Origin: Nitrospirota bacterium
GTDB lineage: Bacteria; Nitrospirota; UBA9217
Length of the DNA: 64,000 bases
Direction of reading: 5' to 3'
Assembly (NCBI GenBank): GCA_963737155.1
Contig: CAVTRN010000002.1
Coordinates: 1,920,001-1,984,000, forward strand
Shown here: piece after piece, positions 1 through 10,600 of the stretch
Layout of the letters: every line of letters starts with the position of its first letter
Position numbering within the stretch: the stretch's first letter is position 1
Notes under the pieces: generated by a model
What the model saw: only the letters and a program-made list of their open reading frames with translations
Databases searched by the model: none
Told to the model about the DNA's origin: nothing
Translations under genes and position numbers: made by a program

Positions 1-138
1 CCCGCAGCAAGCTGCGGGGCATCGGAACTTGAAACCTTAAAAAAGCACAACAAAGAAGCTGAAGACTTATCCTGGCTTCGCCAGGATGTCCTTTTCATCC
101 CAGCAGCAAGCTGCTGGGTATTTCAGGACTGTTTTATA
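1..138. mobile_element. Probable IS200/IS605-derived MITE (left end cut by window edge)
   Basis: Two related hairpins CCCGCAGC-AA-GCTGCGGG (1-18) and CCCAGCAGC-AA-GCTGCTGGG (99-118) flank a third hairpin ATCCTGGC-TTC-GCCAGGAT (69-87); no ORF. Confidence 0.55.
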
Positions 139-263
139 AATTCATATTTCATATCGGTATTGCCGCCCTCGACCAAATACAGTTTTACATCCCTCGTTCA
201 CTATGTTAAATTGGTACACCTTTCGTCTTTTTTTCGCCTTTATGCCAACATTCCGGAGGCCTT

Positions 264-3200
264 ATGAAAGCGGACACCCCCCTAACAAAAATGAATTTAG
301 GCCCTTCGTTCCCGATCGTGGGCATTGGCGCCTCGGCGGGCGGACTTGACGCACTTCAGCGGTTCCTCTCCGTTCTTACGTCTGATTTCGGCTTTGCTCT
401 GGTTTTCATCCAGCATCTCTCCTCGAAGCACAAGAGCCTCCTCTCAGATCTCCTCTCCGCAAGGTGGCCCTCTCTCGTGATCCAGGAGATATCCGACGGT
501 CTCAAGGCACAGCCCGGGAGACTTTACTTGTCCCCACCGGGCAAGGAGGTCCGCCTCCGGAACGGTCTCTTTCAGACAACTGTGCATCCCGAGGGGCTCA
601 TCCACCTGCCGATCGATGAATTTCTCTCTTCACTGGCGGAGGACTCAGCCGACCGGTCCATAGCCGTGATCTTCTCAGGCGCGGGGACTGACGGGGCCAG
701 GGGCTGCCAGGCTGTCCGAAGCGCAGGCGGCATGGTGTTCGTTCAGGACCCGCAGACCGCAGAATTTAACAGCATGCCTCTTACAGCCATTGCAACGGGC
801 CAGGCGGATGCCGTGCTCTCGCCCGAGGGCATTGCAGCGGAGCTCCGCAAGCTCTCAGGAATTGGCCAAGCCGCTGTGAGCCGCGAGTATCCCATATCAC
901 CGGAAGAGTTCAGCGCCTTCTTCCGGATGCTACAGGAGAAGACAGGATCGCGCTTCAACCATTATAAAAAAAGCGTGGTCAGCCGAAGGATCAGAAGACG
1001 CATGTACCTTCACGGGCTTTCCACAGTCAAAGATTACCTGGACCTCATCACAGCCAGTGATCCCGAGGCTGCACGCCTCGCGTCCGATCTAATGATCGGC
1101 GTCACCTCGTTCTTCCGCGACCGGGTCGCATGGAAGGCCCTGAACCTGGAGGCGATCCGAAAAATCACGTCTGAAAAAGCCGATCTTCCCGTCCGCGTCT
1201 GGACTCCTGCAAGCGCCACGGGCGAGGAAGCCTACTCCATCGCCATGATGCTTCTGCGGGAACTCGCCCTTGCCGGAAAAAGGAGGGATATTCAGGTCTT
1301 CGCTACAGACGTGAATGACCGTGCGCTGGAACATGCACGTGAGGGCAAGTATCCCGTGAGCATCACTGCGGACATGCCACAGGAATATGGACAGAAGTAC
1401 TTCACTTCAACAGATGATGGCAACTTCCTCGTCATCAACAAGGAGGTCAGGGAATGCGTGGTCTTCGCCAAGCAAGACCTTTTGACCGACCCTCCCTTCT
1501 CCAAGCTCGACCTCATCATCTGCCGTAATTTCCTAATCTACCTGGAGCCTGAGGCCCAGGAAAAATGTATAAACCTCTTTCACTATGCACTTAATGAGGG
1601 CGGCTACGTCTTCCTTGGTAACGCAGAGACAGTGGGCAGAAAGAGCGCTCTCTTTAAGAGCATCGGCCACAAGCAATGCCGCGTTTACCGGAAGTTGGCG
1701 ACTAAACCTGCTTCAAGACCGCCTATCTCGATCCCTTACGCAAATGAACGTCAGGTGTCGTCTGCCAAACAAGCGCAAATGATAGAGCAGACCCGGTCTG
1801 TCATGGAAATCATCCAGGAAAAACTGCTTGAAGGATTTGGGCCTGCTGCCGTGGCCATAAACCAGAATTACGAGATTATCTACCACAACGGCCCCACGAA
1901 ACGGTATCTCAGCCAGCCGCGGGGAGCGCCGACGCAGAACCTCCTGGATCTAGTGCCCGAGAACCTCCGCAGCCGGATACGCGGGGCGCTCTACCAGTCG
2001 GGTCGCGAAGAAAAGCCAGTGGTTATCCGCACCAACATCGTCGGAGATGACAACCAAAAAAGACAGATCTCGCTCCAGTTCACGAAAGCGCAGGAGAACC
2101 TGTATCTCGTTGTTTTTCAGGAAGGGGGATTCACAAAACAAGAAGTAGCCGAGCAGATCGATGTCGCCGTAATTGAGGAGACAGCGATCCATCAGCTCGA
2201 AAGCGAACTTGCGGCGACACGCACTGACCTTCAGAGCAACATCGAGCAGTTAAAGAGCATGAACGAAGAGTTCCAGTCCTCGAACGAGGAATTGCAGGCC
2301 TCAAACGAGGAGCTTGAGACCTCCCGCGAAGAACTCCAGTCGTTGAATGAAGAGCTGATCACTGTAAACTCTCAGCTCCAGGGCAAGATTGAGGAGCAGG
2401 ATACCACTAATAACGATCTGAATAACTTCCAGGCGAGCACGAACATCCCGACAATTTTCCTGGACACGCACTTCCGCGTTAAGCGTTTCACACCCGCGAT
2501 ACTCAAGCTCATCAAGCTCCTTCCTTCGGACGTGGGCCGCCACATTATAGATATGTCCCAGGAGAATCTCGGACCTGACCTCACTTCCGACGCCCAGTCC
2601 GTACTGGAACAGCTCACGCCGTCGCGGCGGGAGCTTGAGTTAAGCGGCGTATGGTATGTTCGGACGATTCTTCCCTATCGCACCGCGGACAATCGCATAG
2701 AGGGTGTTGTCGTCACCTATAATGACGTTACCGAGCTCAAACGAGCCGAGGAACGAGCGTTGCACCTTGCCTCGTTTCCGCAGCTCAATCCGAATCCGAT
2801 CATCGAGGTGGATGCCTCCGGTAAGGTCATCTTCGCCAATCCTGGAACGGAAAGTATTCTGCAAAGCCTGGGCATGGACAAGGGGGAGGTAACGGTCTTC
2901 CTTCCAAGGGACCTGGATATCATCTTAAAAGACCTGGAGAAGAACAGCGAATCCTCCATCTCTCGCGAGATTTCGATCAAAGACAGAGTGTTTAACGAGA
3001 ACATTCAACTGATTACTCACTTCAAAGTGGCTCGCATTTACGCCTATGACATCACCAAGCGAAAGCGAGCGGAGGAGGCGCTGCAAGAGAGCGAGCAACG
3101 GGTCAGGCTGAAACTGAACAGCATACTTTCTCCCGAGGGAGACATAGGGAATCTGGAACTCGCCGACATTATTGATGCACCGGCGATCCAGTCGCTCATG

Positions 3201-6200
3201 GAAAAGTTCTACGAGCTTACCCATATTCCCCTGGCCGTCATCGACCTCAAAGGCAAGGTGCTTGTCGGCATGGGCTGGCAGGAGATCTGCACAAAATTCC
3301 ACCGGGTTCATCCCGAAACCTGCGGATACTGCATAGAAAGTGACACGCTGCTCACGGAAGGCGTGCCTGCGGGAGAATACAAACTGTACAAGTGCAAGAA
3401 CAACATGTGGGACGTTGCGACGACCATCGAGGTGGGTGGCAAGAATCTGGGTCATTTTTTTACCGGACAGTTCTTATTTGATGGCGAAGCGCCTGATTAC
3501 GAATTCTTTCGGGCTCAGGCGAAGCAGTACAGCTTTGATGAACAGGAATATCTTGCGGCCCTGGACAAAGTACCGCGGCTTAGTCGGGCGACCGTTGATA
3601 CGGTCATGGGTTTCTTCATGAAGCTGTCCGGTATGATTTCCCAGCTTAGTTACAGCAACATCAAACTGGCCCGCTCGCTCGTCGAACGCGATACTTTGAT
3701 GGATTCACTTCGGCAGAGCCAGCAGCAAAATGAATTCCTGGCCGATATCGTCAGGTATGCTGCCCAGCCCTTCGGTCAGGGATTTCCGGACGGCCGCCTC
3801 GGGCTCGTTAACAAGGCATTTGAACAGCTTACCGGATACAGAGAAGATGAGCTCAAGTCCATGGACTGGGCTCGGGTTCTCACGCCGCCGGAGTGGGAGG
3901 AGTTTGAACGACAGAAACTTGAGGAACTTCAGCGTACCGGCAAGCCGGTGCGATATGAAAAGGAGTATATCAGGAAGGATGGCACCCGCGTGCCCATTGA
4001 GCTGCTGGTTCATCTCGTGACCGGTCCGGACAGGACACCGTTGTATTATTATTCTTTCCTCATGGACATCACGGAGCGGAAACGAGCACAGGAGGAACGG
4101 GAGTCAATGGTTGAATTCCTGCGTCTTGTGAACGAATGCCGGGGAACAGCAGAACTGGTCCGGGGGGCGGCGGAATTTTTCCAGCAGCGCTCAGGCTGCG
4201 AGGCTGTGGGCATTAGGCTTCACGAAAAGCAAGATTACCCTTATTTTGAGACACGAGGCTTTTCGCATGAGTTCGTACAACTGGAAAGCAGGCTTTGCTC
4301 CTGCGACCAGGAGGGAAATCCCATCCTTGACAGCTCTGGCAATCCCATTCTGGCATGTATGTGCGGTAACGTGATCTGCGGACGGTTCGATCCAGCGAAA
4401 CCCTTTTTCACAAAAAGAGGGAGCTTCTGGAGTAACTGTACGACTGATCTGCTTGCCACAACCACTGACGCGGACCGCCAGGTACGGACGCGCAACCGGT
4501 GCAACGGCGAGGGGTACGAGTCGGTTGCCCTGATCGGCCTGACGCTTGGAGAGGAACGATTGGGCCTCCTCCAATTGAACGATAAGCGAAAGGGACGGTT
4601 TACTCTCGCGACGATAACCCTGTGGGAGCGTCTAGCTGATTATCTTGCTGTTGCGTTGGCGAAGTTCCGCGCCGACGAGGAACTACGCAAGAGCGAGGCA
4701 CAGTATCGCGGATTATTTGAGAATATGATCGAAGGATATGCCTACTGCAAGATGATCTTTGAAACGGGGAAACCGAAGGACTTCATCTATCTTTCGGTGA
4801 ATCGCGCTTTCGAGACGTTGACGGGATTGGAAAATGTCGTAGGGAAGAAAGTCACAGAAGTTATTCCAGGCATCAGGGAGGCCGATCCGGGACTTTTTGA
4901 GATTTATGGCAGAGTGTCCTTAACTGGCAAGCCCGAGAGATTCGAAATGTTCGTCGAGGCGCTGAAGATGTGGTTCTCCATCTCGGTGTACAGTCCGGAG
5001 AAAGAATTCTTCGTGGCCGTCTTCGATGTCATCACTGAGCGCAAGAAGGCGGAAGAGGCGCAGGGCCGTCTGGCTGCTATCATTGAGAGCGCGGAAGATG
5101 CGATCATCGGCAAGGACCTGAACGGCATCATTGAGACGTGGAATGTGGGGGCTGAAAATATCTTTGGATACAAGGCAGAGGAAGTGATCGGGAAACCGAT
5201 CTCTCTCCTCATACCACCGGGGAATACTGATGAAGTCCCCGAAATCCTGGCAAGGATCAAGCGAGGAGAACATATCGAGAGTTTCGAAACTGTACGCATG
5301 CGGAAAGACGGAACGATTATTCCCGTGTCACTGACATTCTCAGCTATCAAGGATACAACTGGCCATATTATTGGTGCGTCAAAAATCGCACACGATATAA
5401 CTGATCGCAAGCGGACTGAAGAGGCACTGCGAGAGAGAGAGGAGCGGCTTCGCCGCTTTTACGAGTCGAGCTTGATCGGCGTAATTTACTGGAACATGGA
5501 TGGCGTGATAATGGATGCTAACGATCAGTTCCTGCAGATGGTTGGCTATACGCGTCAGGATCTGGCAGCTGGTCGTCTCGATTGGATCAATATGACCCCG
5601 CCGGTGTATCGGCATCTGGATGAGCAGTCTGCTGCAGAACTTAAAGCCGCAGGTGTCAACAAAAAGCCTATTGAGAAGGAGTATATCCGAAAGGATGGTA
5701 CACGGATTCCAATCATCGTCGCTGGCGCCATGCTGGATGAGGCACGCTTCAATGGGGTTGCATTCGTCCTGGACATCACCGAACGCAAGAAAGCAGAGGA
5801 AGACGTCCTGAAATTGAGCGAAAACATGGCGGCGCGGAACGTAGAATTGGAATTCGCGAACAGGGAGATGGAATCCTTCATCTACTCGGTGTCCCATGAT
5901 CTGCGGGCTCCGCTCCGCACTATCGCTGGTTTCTCTAAAATGCTCATCGAGGATTGCGGCAACAAGCTGGAAAACCAGCCGAAGGACTATTTAAGACGCA
6001 TAACCAACGCCTCGAAAAAAATGGGCGAGCTCATTGAAGACCTGCTACGCCTTTCACGGATATCAAAACAGGATATGAACCGGATGGACTATGATCTCAG
6101 CATGTTGATTTCCACGATCGCGGCCGGTCTTCGCGAGGCCGATCCCGGCAGGAAAGTCGAAGTTGCTATTGCTGAAGGCTTGCGCGCCTCCGTGGACCCA

Positions 6201-6527
6201 AATCTGATCAGGATCGCGTTTGCGAACCTTCTTGAAAACGCCTGGAAATTTACCTCGAAAACGAAGGACGCCCGCATTGAATTCAGCGCCTTCGAACAGG
6301 ATGGGAAGACCGTCTACTCTGTCAGGGACAACGGTGCTGGGTTCGACCAGACCTACGCGGACAAGATGTTTCACCCGTTCCAGCGGCTGCATACTGAAAA
6401 GGAGTTCGAGGGTACGGGAGTCGGTCTTGCCATCGTCGAACGTATCATCCGCCGTCACGGCGGTGCGGTCTGGGCAGAGGGGGAAGTTGGGAAAGGGGCG
6501 ACGGTATATTTTACGCTGGGAGTATAA
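264..6527 (+). CDS. CheB methylesterase-CheR methyltransferase fusion with PAS, PocR and GAF domains and a C-terminal histidine kinase
   Basis: GIGASAGG/QH/GTDG (CheB); VTSFFRD, ATGEEAYS, CRNFLIY (CheR); EELQSLNEEL coiled coil; PocR-like LADIID..GWQEICTKFHR; H-box SVSHDLRAPL; G-boxes DNGAG, GVGLAI. Confidence 0.93.
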   Translation: MKADTPLTKMNLGPSFPIVGIGASAGGLDALQRFLSVLTSDFGFALVFIQHLSSKHKSLLSDLLSARWPSLVIQEISDGLKAQPGRLYLSPPGKEVRLRNGLFQTTVHPEGLIHLPIDEFLSSLAEDSADRSIAVIFSGAGTDGARGCQAVRSAGGMVFVQDPQTAEFNSMPLTAIATGQADAVLSPEGIAAELRKLSGIGQAAVSREYPISPEEFSAFFRMLQEKTGSRFNHYKKSVVSRRIRRRMYLHGLSTVKDYLDLITASDPEAARLASDLMIGVTSFFRDRVAWKALNLEAIRKITSEKADLPVRVWTPASATGEEAYSIAMMLLRELALAGKRRDIQVFATDVNDRALEHAREGKYPVSITADMPQEYGQKYFTSTDDGNFLVINKEVRECVVFAKQDLLTDPPFSKLDLIICRNFLIYLEPEAQEKCINLFHYALNEGGYVFLGNAETVGRKSALFKSIGHKQCRVYRKLATKPASRPPISIPYANERQVSSAKQAQMIEQTRSVMEIIQEKLLEGFGPAAVAINQNYEIIYHNGPTKRYLSQPRGAPTQNLLDLVPENLRSRIRGALYQSGREEKPVVIRTNIVGDDNQKRQISLQFTKAQENLYLVVFQEGGFTKQEVAEQIDVAVIEETAIHQLESELAATRTDLQSNIEQLKSMNEEFQSSNEELQASNEELETSREELQSLNEELITVNSQLQGKIEEQDTTNNDLNNFQASTNIPTIFLDTHFRVKRFTPAILKLIKLLPSDVGRHIIDMSQENLGPDLTSDAQSVLEQLTPSRRELELSGVWYVRTILPYRTADNRIEGVVVTYNDVTELKRAEERALHLASFPQLNPNPIIEVDASGKVIFANPGTESILQSLGMDKGEVTVFLPRDLDIILKDLEKNSESSISREISIKDRVFNENIQLITHFKVARIYAYDITKRKRAEEALQESEQRVRLKLNSILSPEGDIGNLELADIIDAPAIQSLMEKFYELTHIPLAVIDLKGKVLVGMGWQEICTKFHRVHPETCGYCIESDTLLTEGVPAGEYKLYKCKNNMWDVATTIEVGGKNLGHFFTGQFLFDGEAPDYEFFRAQAKQYSFDEQEYLAALDKVPRLSRATVDTVMGFFMKLSGMISQLSYSNIKLARSLVERDTLMDSLRQSQQQNEFLADIVRYAAQPFGQGFPDGRLGLVNKAFEQLTGYREDELKSMDWARVLTPPEWEEFERQKLEELQRTGKPVRYEKEYIRKDGTRVPIELLVHLVTGPDRTPLYYYSFLMDITERKRAQEERESMVEFLRLVNECRGTAELVRGAAEFFQQRSGCEAVGIRLHEKQDYPYFETRGFSHEFVQLESRLCSCDQEGNPILDSSGNPILACMCGNVICGRFDPAKPFFTKRGSFWSNCTTDLLATTTDADRQVRTRNRCNGEGYESVALIGLTLGEERLGLLQLNDKRKGRFTLATITLWERLADYLAVALAKFRADEELRKSEAQYRGLFENMIEGYAYCKMIFETGKPKDFIYLSVNRAFETLTGLENVVGKKVTEVIPGIREADPGLFEIYGRVSLTGKPERFEMFVEALKMWFSISVYSPEKEFFVAVFDVITERKKAEEAQGRLAAIIESAEDAIIGKDLNGIIETWNVGAENIFGYKAEEVIGKPISLLIPPGNTDEVPEILARIKRGEHIESFETVRMRKDGTIIPVSLTFSAIKDTTGHIIGASKIAHDITDRKRTEEALREREERLRRFYESSLIGVIYWNMDGVIMDANDQFLQMVGYTRQDLAAGRLDWINMTPPVYRHLDEQSAAELKAAGVNKKPIEKEYIRKDGTRIPIIVAGAMLDEARFNGVAFVLDITERKKAEEDVLKLSENMAARNVELEFANREMESFIYSVSHDLRAPLRTIAGFSKMLIEDCGNKLENQPKDYLRRITNASKKMGELIEDLLRLSRISKQDMNRMDYDLSMLISTIAAGLREADPGRKVEVAIAEGLRASVDPNLIRIAFANLLENAWKFTSKTKDARIEFSAFEQDGKTVYSVRDNGAGFDQTYADKMFHPFQRLHTEKEFEGTGVGLAIVERIIRRHGGAVWAEGEVGKGATVYFTLGV

Positions 6528-6860
6528 TACAAGGACTGAATGAAAAACTGAAGGCATGATGTAAGCCGTTTTTTCAGCGCATTTCTATCAGGTGCCACTA
6601 CAACTTAGCAGATGCTATCACAGAGATCCTACGTTTGATCGAGCCAAAGGATATCGTTTGTAACTCTCGAAGCGATAGCCTTTCCGTGTCTCATTTGAAT
6701 CTTTTTTAAATTGCATGATGCAGTTGAATAAGGCTGTCAAACACGCTTGTAGAATAATAGGCAATTCCTAATTGCAATCCGTCAGTTTCTCAACAAATTC
6801 ATTTCTGCTGCGTAACCCTCTAAACGCACTGCACAATCAGCGCACAAAAATGGCGGTTCG

Positions 6861-6914
6861 ATCACATGTCACAAGAGCCTGGGTGGACTGCTCAGATATT
6901 ACTACCGTGATGCC
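6861..6914 (+). pseudogene. C-terminal remnant of an rve/integrase-type transposase
   Basis: Translates to ITCHKSLGGLLRYYYRDA, resembling the CRERLGGLLKYYYR tail of IS integrase-core transposases. Confidence 0.5.
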
Positions 6915-7422
6915 ATAAGTTTAATGATACGAGGTTCGCACCAAGGTGTTCGTCGAGACAGACAGTTTTTCAGCCTTATGCAGGAAGGCCCTGTAACGCT
7001 TTGGATTTAGTTAGAAACAGCGACCATTAAGCAGGGAAATCATTCGGTCCGACAACAGCCTTACATAGATTTCAAACGATCACGGCTGGGAGGGCTGAGC
7101 GTTCAGTATAAAAAACTGGGTAGACAAAGCAACAGCACTACGGTACCGCGAGGTGACCGACGCGGTGCCCTTGATTATGGCTAAGGGCAGGGGGCTGGTC
7201 ACGGAGAGAATCATTGCGATCCCTTCATTACCTCGCTGTCCAGGATTTCATTCGATATAAAGTGAAATAAATCGTGACTATTTTGCGAGCTATGAAAAGA
7301 ATACGCACGTTTGCAGCAATAGCCAGAATTTTGACGCACGCGGGGTTAAGCTTTAATCCTGGGTGGTTTTTCAATAGGTTGTTTTTGCTTGCTTAATTGA
7401 CACGACGTCGGTTTTATATTTG

Positions 7423-7437
7423 TGGTATATATTTTGC
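7423..7437 (+). promoter_or_regulatory. sigma54 -24/-12 promoter
   Basis: TGGTAT-ATATT-TTGC fits TGGCAC-N5-TTGC; upstream of the kinase and sigma54 activator genes. Confidence 0.6.
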
Positions 7438-7519
7438 TTTAATAACGTCGAATAATGTTATCTATGTCGGCTGTTCTCCGAAGGGGGAAGACCGTTCGCT
7501 GCAATGCCAATCTGTGGTC

Positions 7520-7627
7520 AATCACTCTAAAAGTTATCTGATGAAACCCGTGGATTTCTCATAGTTCATGGAGACGATGGAAACGTCCGGCTACTGCTGA
7601 CTGGCTTTGAACCAGCAGATGTTCTAA
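7520..7627 (+). pseudogene. Decayed C-terminus of a single-domain (Rcp1-like) response regulator
   Basis: NHSKSYLMKPVDFS*FMETMETSGYC*LALNQ with two stops; resembles the ANSYLVKPVDF..F....GFYWL motif. Confidence 0.6.
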
Positions 7628-7630
7628 CCT

Positions 7631-10600
7631 ATGAAGGCGGTAACTATGGATCCTGCTCTTTTTCGAATCATTATTGTCGAGGATGACGTGACCCACGCCG
7701 AAGCCATCGTGCAATCTCTGAAAGACACGGGCATGAACGTGCATTCTGATGTGGTCGGGTCAATTGCCGAATATCATCGGTGTCTGGATGTGTGCCCGCC
7801 TGATATCGCACTTATCGATTTGAACCTTCCGGATGGAAGAGCGCTCGAATTGCTGACCTCTCCACCCGAGACCGGAACGTTCCCCATTTTAGTTATGACA
7901 GACCAAGGCAATGCACAGATGGCAGTGGAAGCCATGAAAGCAGGCGCTCTGGATTACGTGGTAAAATCACCTACGGTTATTGCAGAAATGCCGCGCATCG
8001 TAGTTCGCGCTCTTCGGGAATGGAGACTGCTTATCGAGCGCAGGCATATACAGGAGTCGCTTCGGGCAAACGAAGAGCGTTACCGTCATCTTTTCAAGAA
8101 CATGCTTGAAGGATATGCCCTTTGCAAGATGCTGTTCGTTGATGGGAAGCCGCAGGATTTTATTTACGTCGAAGTAAATGAGGCTTTTGAGCGGCTTACC
8201 GGCCTGAGTAATGTGGTCGGGAAAAAAGTCAGCGAGGTTATTCCCGGGATCCAGGAATCCGATTCAGACATGTTTGAGATCTATGGCAGAGTGTCGTCGT
8301 GCGGGAGCCCGGCACGCTTCGAAACTTTTCGTGCTGCCTTGGGCATCTGGTTATCCATAGCCGTATACAGCCCCGAAAAAGGATTTTTTGTAGCGTTTTT
8401 AGACAACGTCACGGAGCACAAAAAGGCGGAGGCTGCACTACGCGAGAGCGAGGAACGGTTTCGACAGATGGCCGACCAGCTTTTGGATGCACTTTTCGTC
8501 ACCGATATGAAAGGACTGATTACATATGTTTCACCTGCCTCTAATCGCATTTTTGGGTGGTCTCCCAAAGAAATGACTGGCAGGTCGTATACGGAATTTC
8601 TTCAGGTGAACGAGATCCCCGAAGCGCAAAACGCATTCCAGAAGGTTATTACAACTGGACAGGATTTACGCGACTTTGTCCTGCTCATGCTGCGCAAGGA
8701 CGGAAGCACATTCTACGGCGAACTGAATGGCTCTATTTACCGCGTGCAGGACCTGACCGTCGGAACCGTGGGCGTTATTCGGGATGTGACCGATCGTATG
8801 CTCTCTGAAAAGGCCATTCGAAAGAGCAAGGATTTGTTAAACAGAACAGAGCGGGTGTCCAAACTCGGTGGATGGGAGTACGATGTTGAGACTAAAATAA
8901 ATTCATGGAGCAATGAAGTCTACCGAATACATGAAGTTTCCCGTGATTATGATCCGAACGATATTAAACAGGATATGTCGTTCTATTACGGGGAAGATCG
9001 GGCGGTCCTTGAACAGGCATTTTGGAAGGCGGTGAACGATGGAACGCCGTATGATCTCGAACTGAAGTTTATGACAGCAACAGGAAAACCGCTTTGGGTT
9101 AGGACCATCGGCGAGACCGAACGCCGGGACGGGAGGATCGTACGTGTGTTCGGCAACATCATGGATATCACCGAACGCAGGCGTTCAGAAGAAGCACTGC
9201 GCAAGAGCGAGAAGAAGTACCGGGACCTGGTCGAGTTGACCCATGATCTCGTATGGTCGATGGACAGGGAGGGCCGGATCACATACATAAGCCCGGTTTC
9301 ACTGCGCATCTATGGGCGAGCGCCGGAAGAAATGATCGGTCGGTTGTTTACCGACTTTTTCCCGCCTGATGAGATTCAGCGCGGTTTGGATACACTCGAA
9401 AGAGCAATTGCAACCGAGAAATCTGTGCTCGGCTATGAGTGCCGGATTTTTCACCAGGATGGCCACGCGGTCAACCTGATGATCAATGCCTCAGTGCTCC
9501 GGGATGAAATGGGAAACATCGTGGGTGTCGCAGGCACATCGAAGGACATCACATATCGGAAACAGGCGGAGGATGCGCTGCGCAAGAGCGAGGAACGATT
9601 CCGGCAGTACTTCGAACTCGGACTGATCGGCATTGCAATCACATCACCCGCAAAAGGATGGCTGGAGGTCAACGACGAGATATGCCGGATCTTAGGATAC
9701 GAACGGAATGAGCTGATGCGTATGCATTGGGCAGAGTTGACCCATCCAGACGATCTGGCAAACGATGTATCACAATTCAATCGGGTTCTGGCTGGTGAGA
9801 TCGACGGGTATTCCATGGATAAACGGTTTATCCGGAAAGACGGCCATATAATTTCAACCACCATTTCCGGGAAATGTGTGCGTCGCCCTGACGGTTCAGT
9901 CGATTACTTGATTGTGTTGATACAAGATATTACGGAACGCAAACTCGCCGAGCAGATCGTTGCTGCGCAAAGGGCTGAGTTAGCAGCGATTTACGAGAAT
10001 GTGCCGTTCATCATGGTGCTCATAGATAAGGACCTAAGTGTGCGAAAGGTGAACAAGCTTGGCGCTGCGTTCACTGACTCGCTCGCTGCAGACATGATCG
10101 GAGCGCGGGGTGGAGAGGCATTGCGGTGTCTCTTCGCACTAGATAACCCGCAACGATGTGGCTCCGGCAAGGACTGCGCGCAATGTACTCTGCGTAGAAT
10201 TATCGAGGATACCCTCGAAACCGGCACGATCCATGATCAGGTAGAAACGACTATGCGGTTCTTTGTAAACGGTAAAGAACAGGAAACAGTGTTTCTACTA
10301 TCAACCACCAGGCTGATGTTCGGTTCGAAAATCATGGCATTGGTCACCATGCTGGACATTACCGATCGGAAACGGATTGAACAGGAAGTGAGGTTCGCGC
10401 AAACAAAACTGATCCAGGCGAATAAGATGTCCTCGCTTGGCATGCTGGTTTCGAGTGTCGCGCATGAGGTGAATAATCCGAACAATTTCATTATGTTCAA
10501 CAGCTCTCTCCTATCAGGTGCGTGGAAGGATATTGTACCCGTCCTCGATCGTAACGCGAAAGAGGAGACGGCCTTCCGCATTGCCGGCCTTCCCTATGCT

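Noticed and set aside
7185-7193. KOPS (GGGNAGGG) polarity as support for dif
   Set aside because: Too few instances seen by eye, and a counter-oriented one occurs near 41787; needs a genome-wide count
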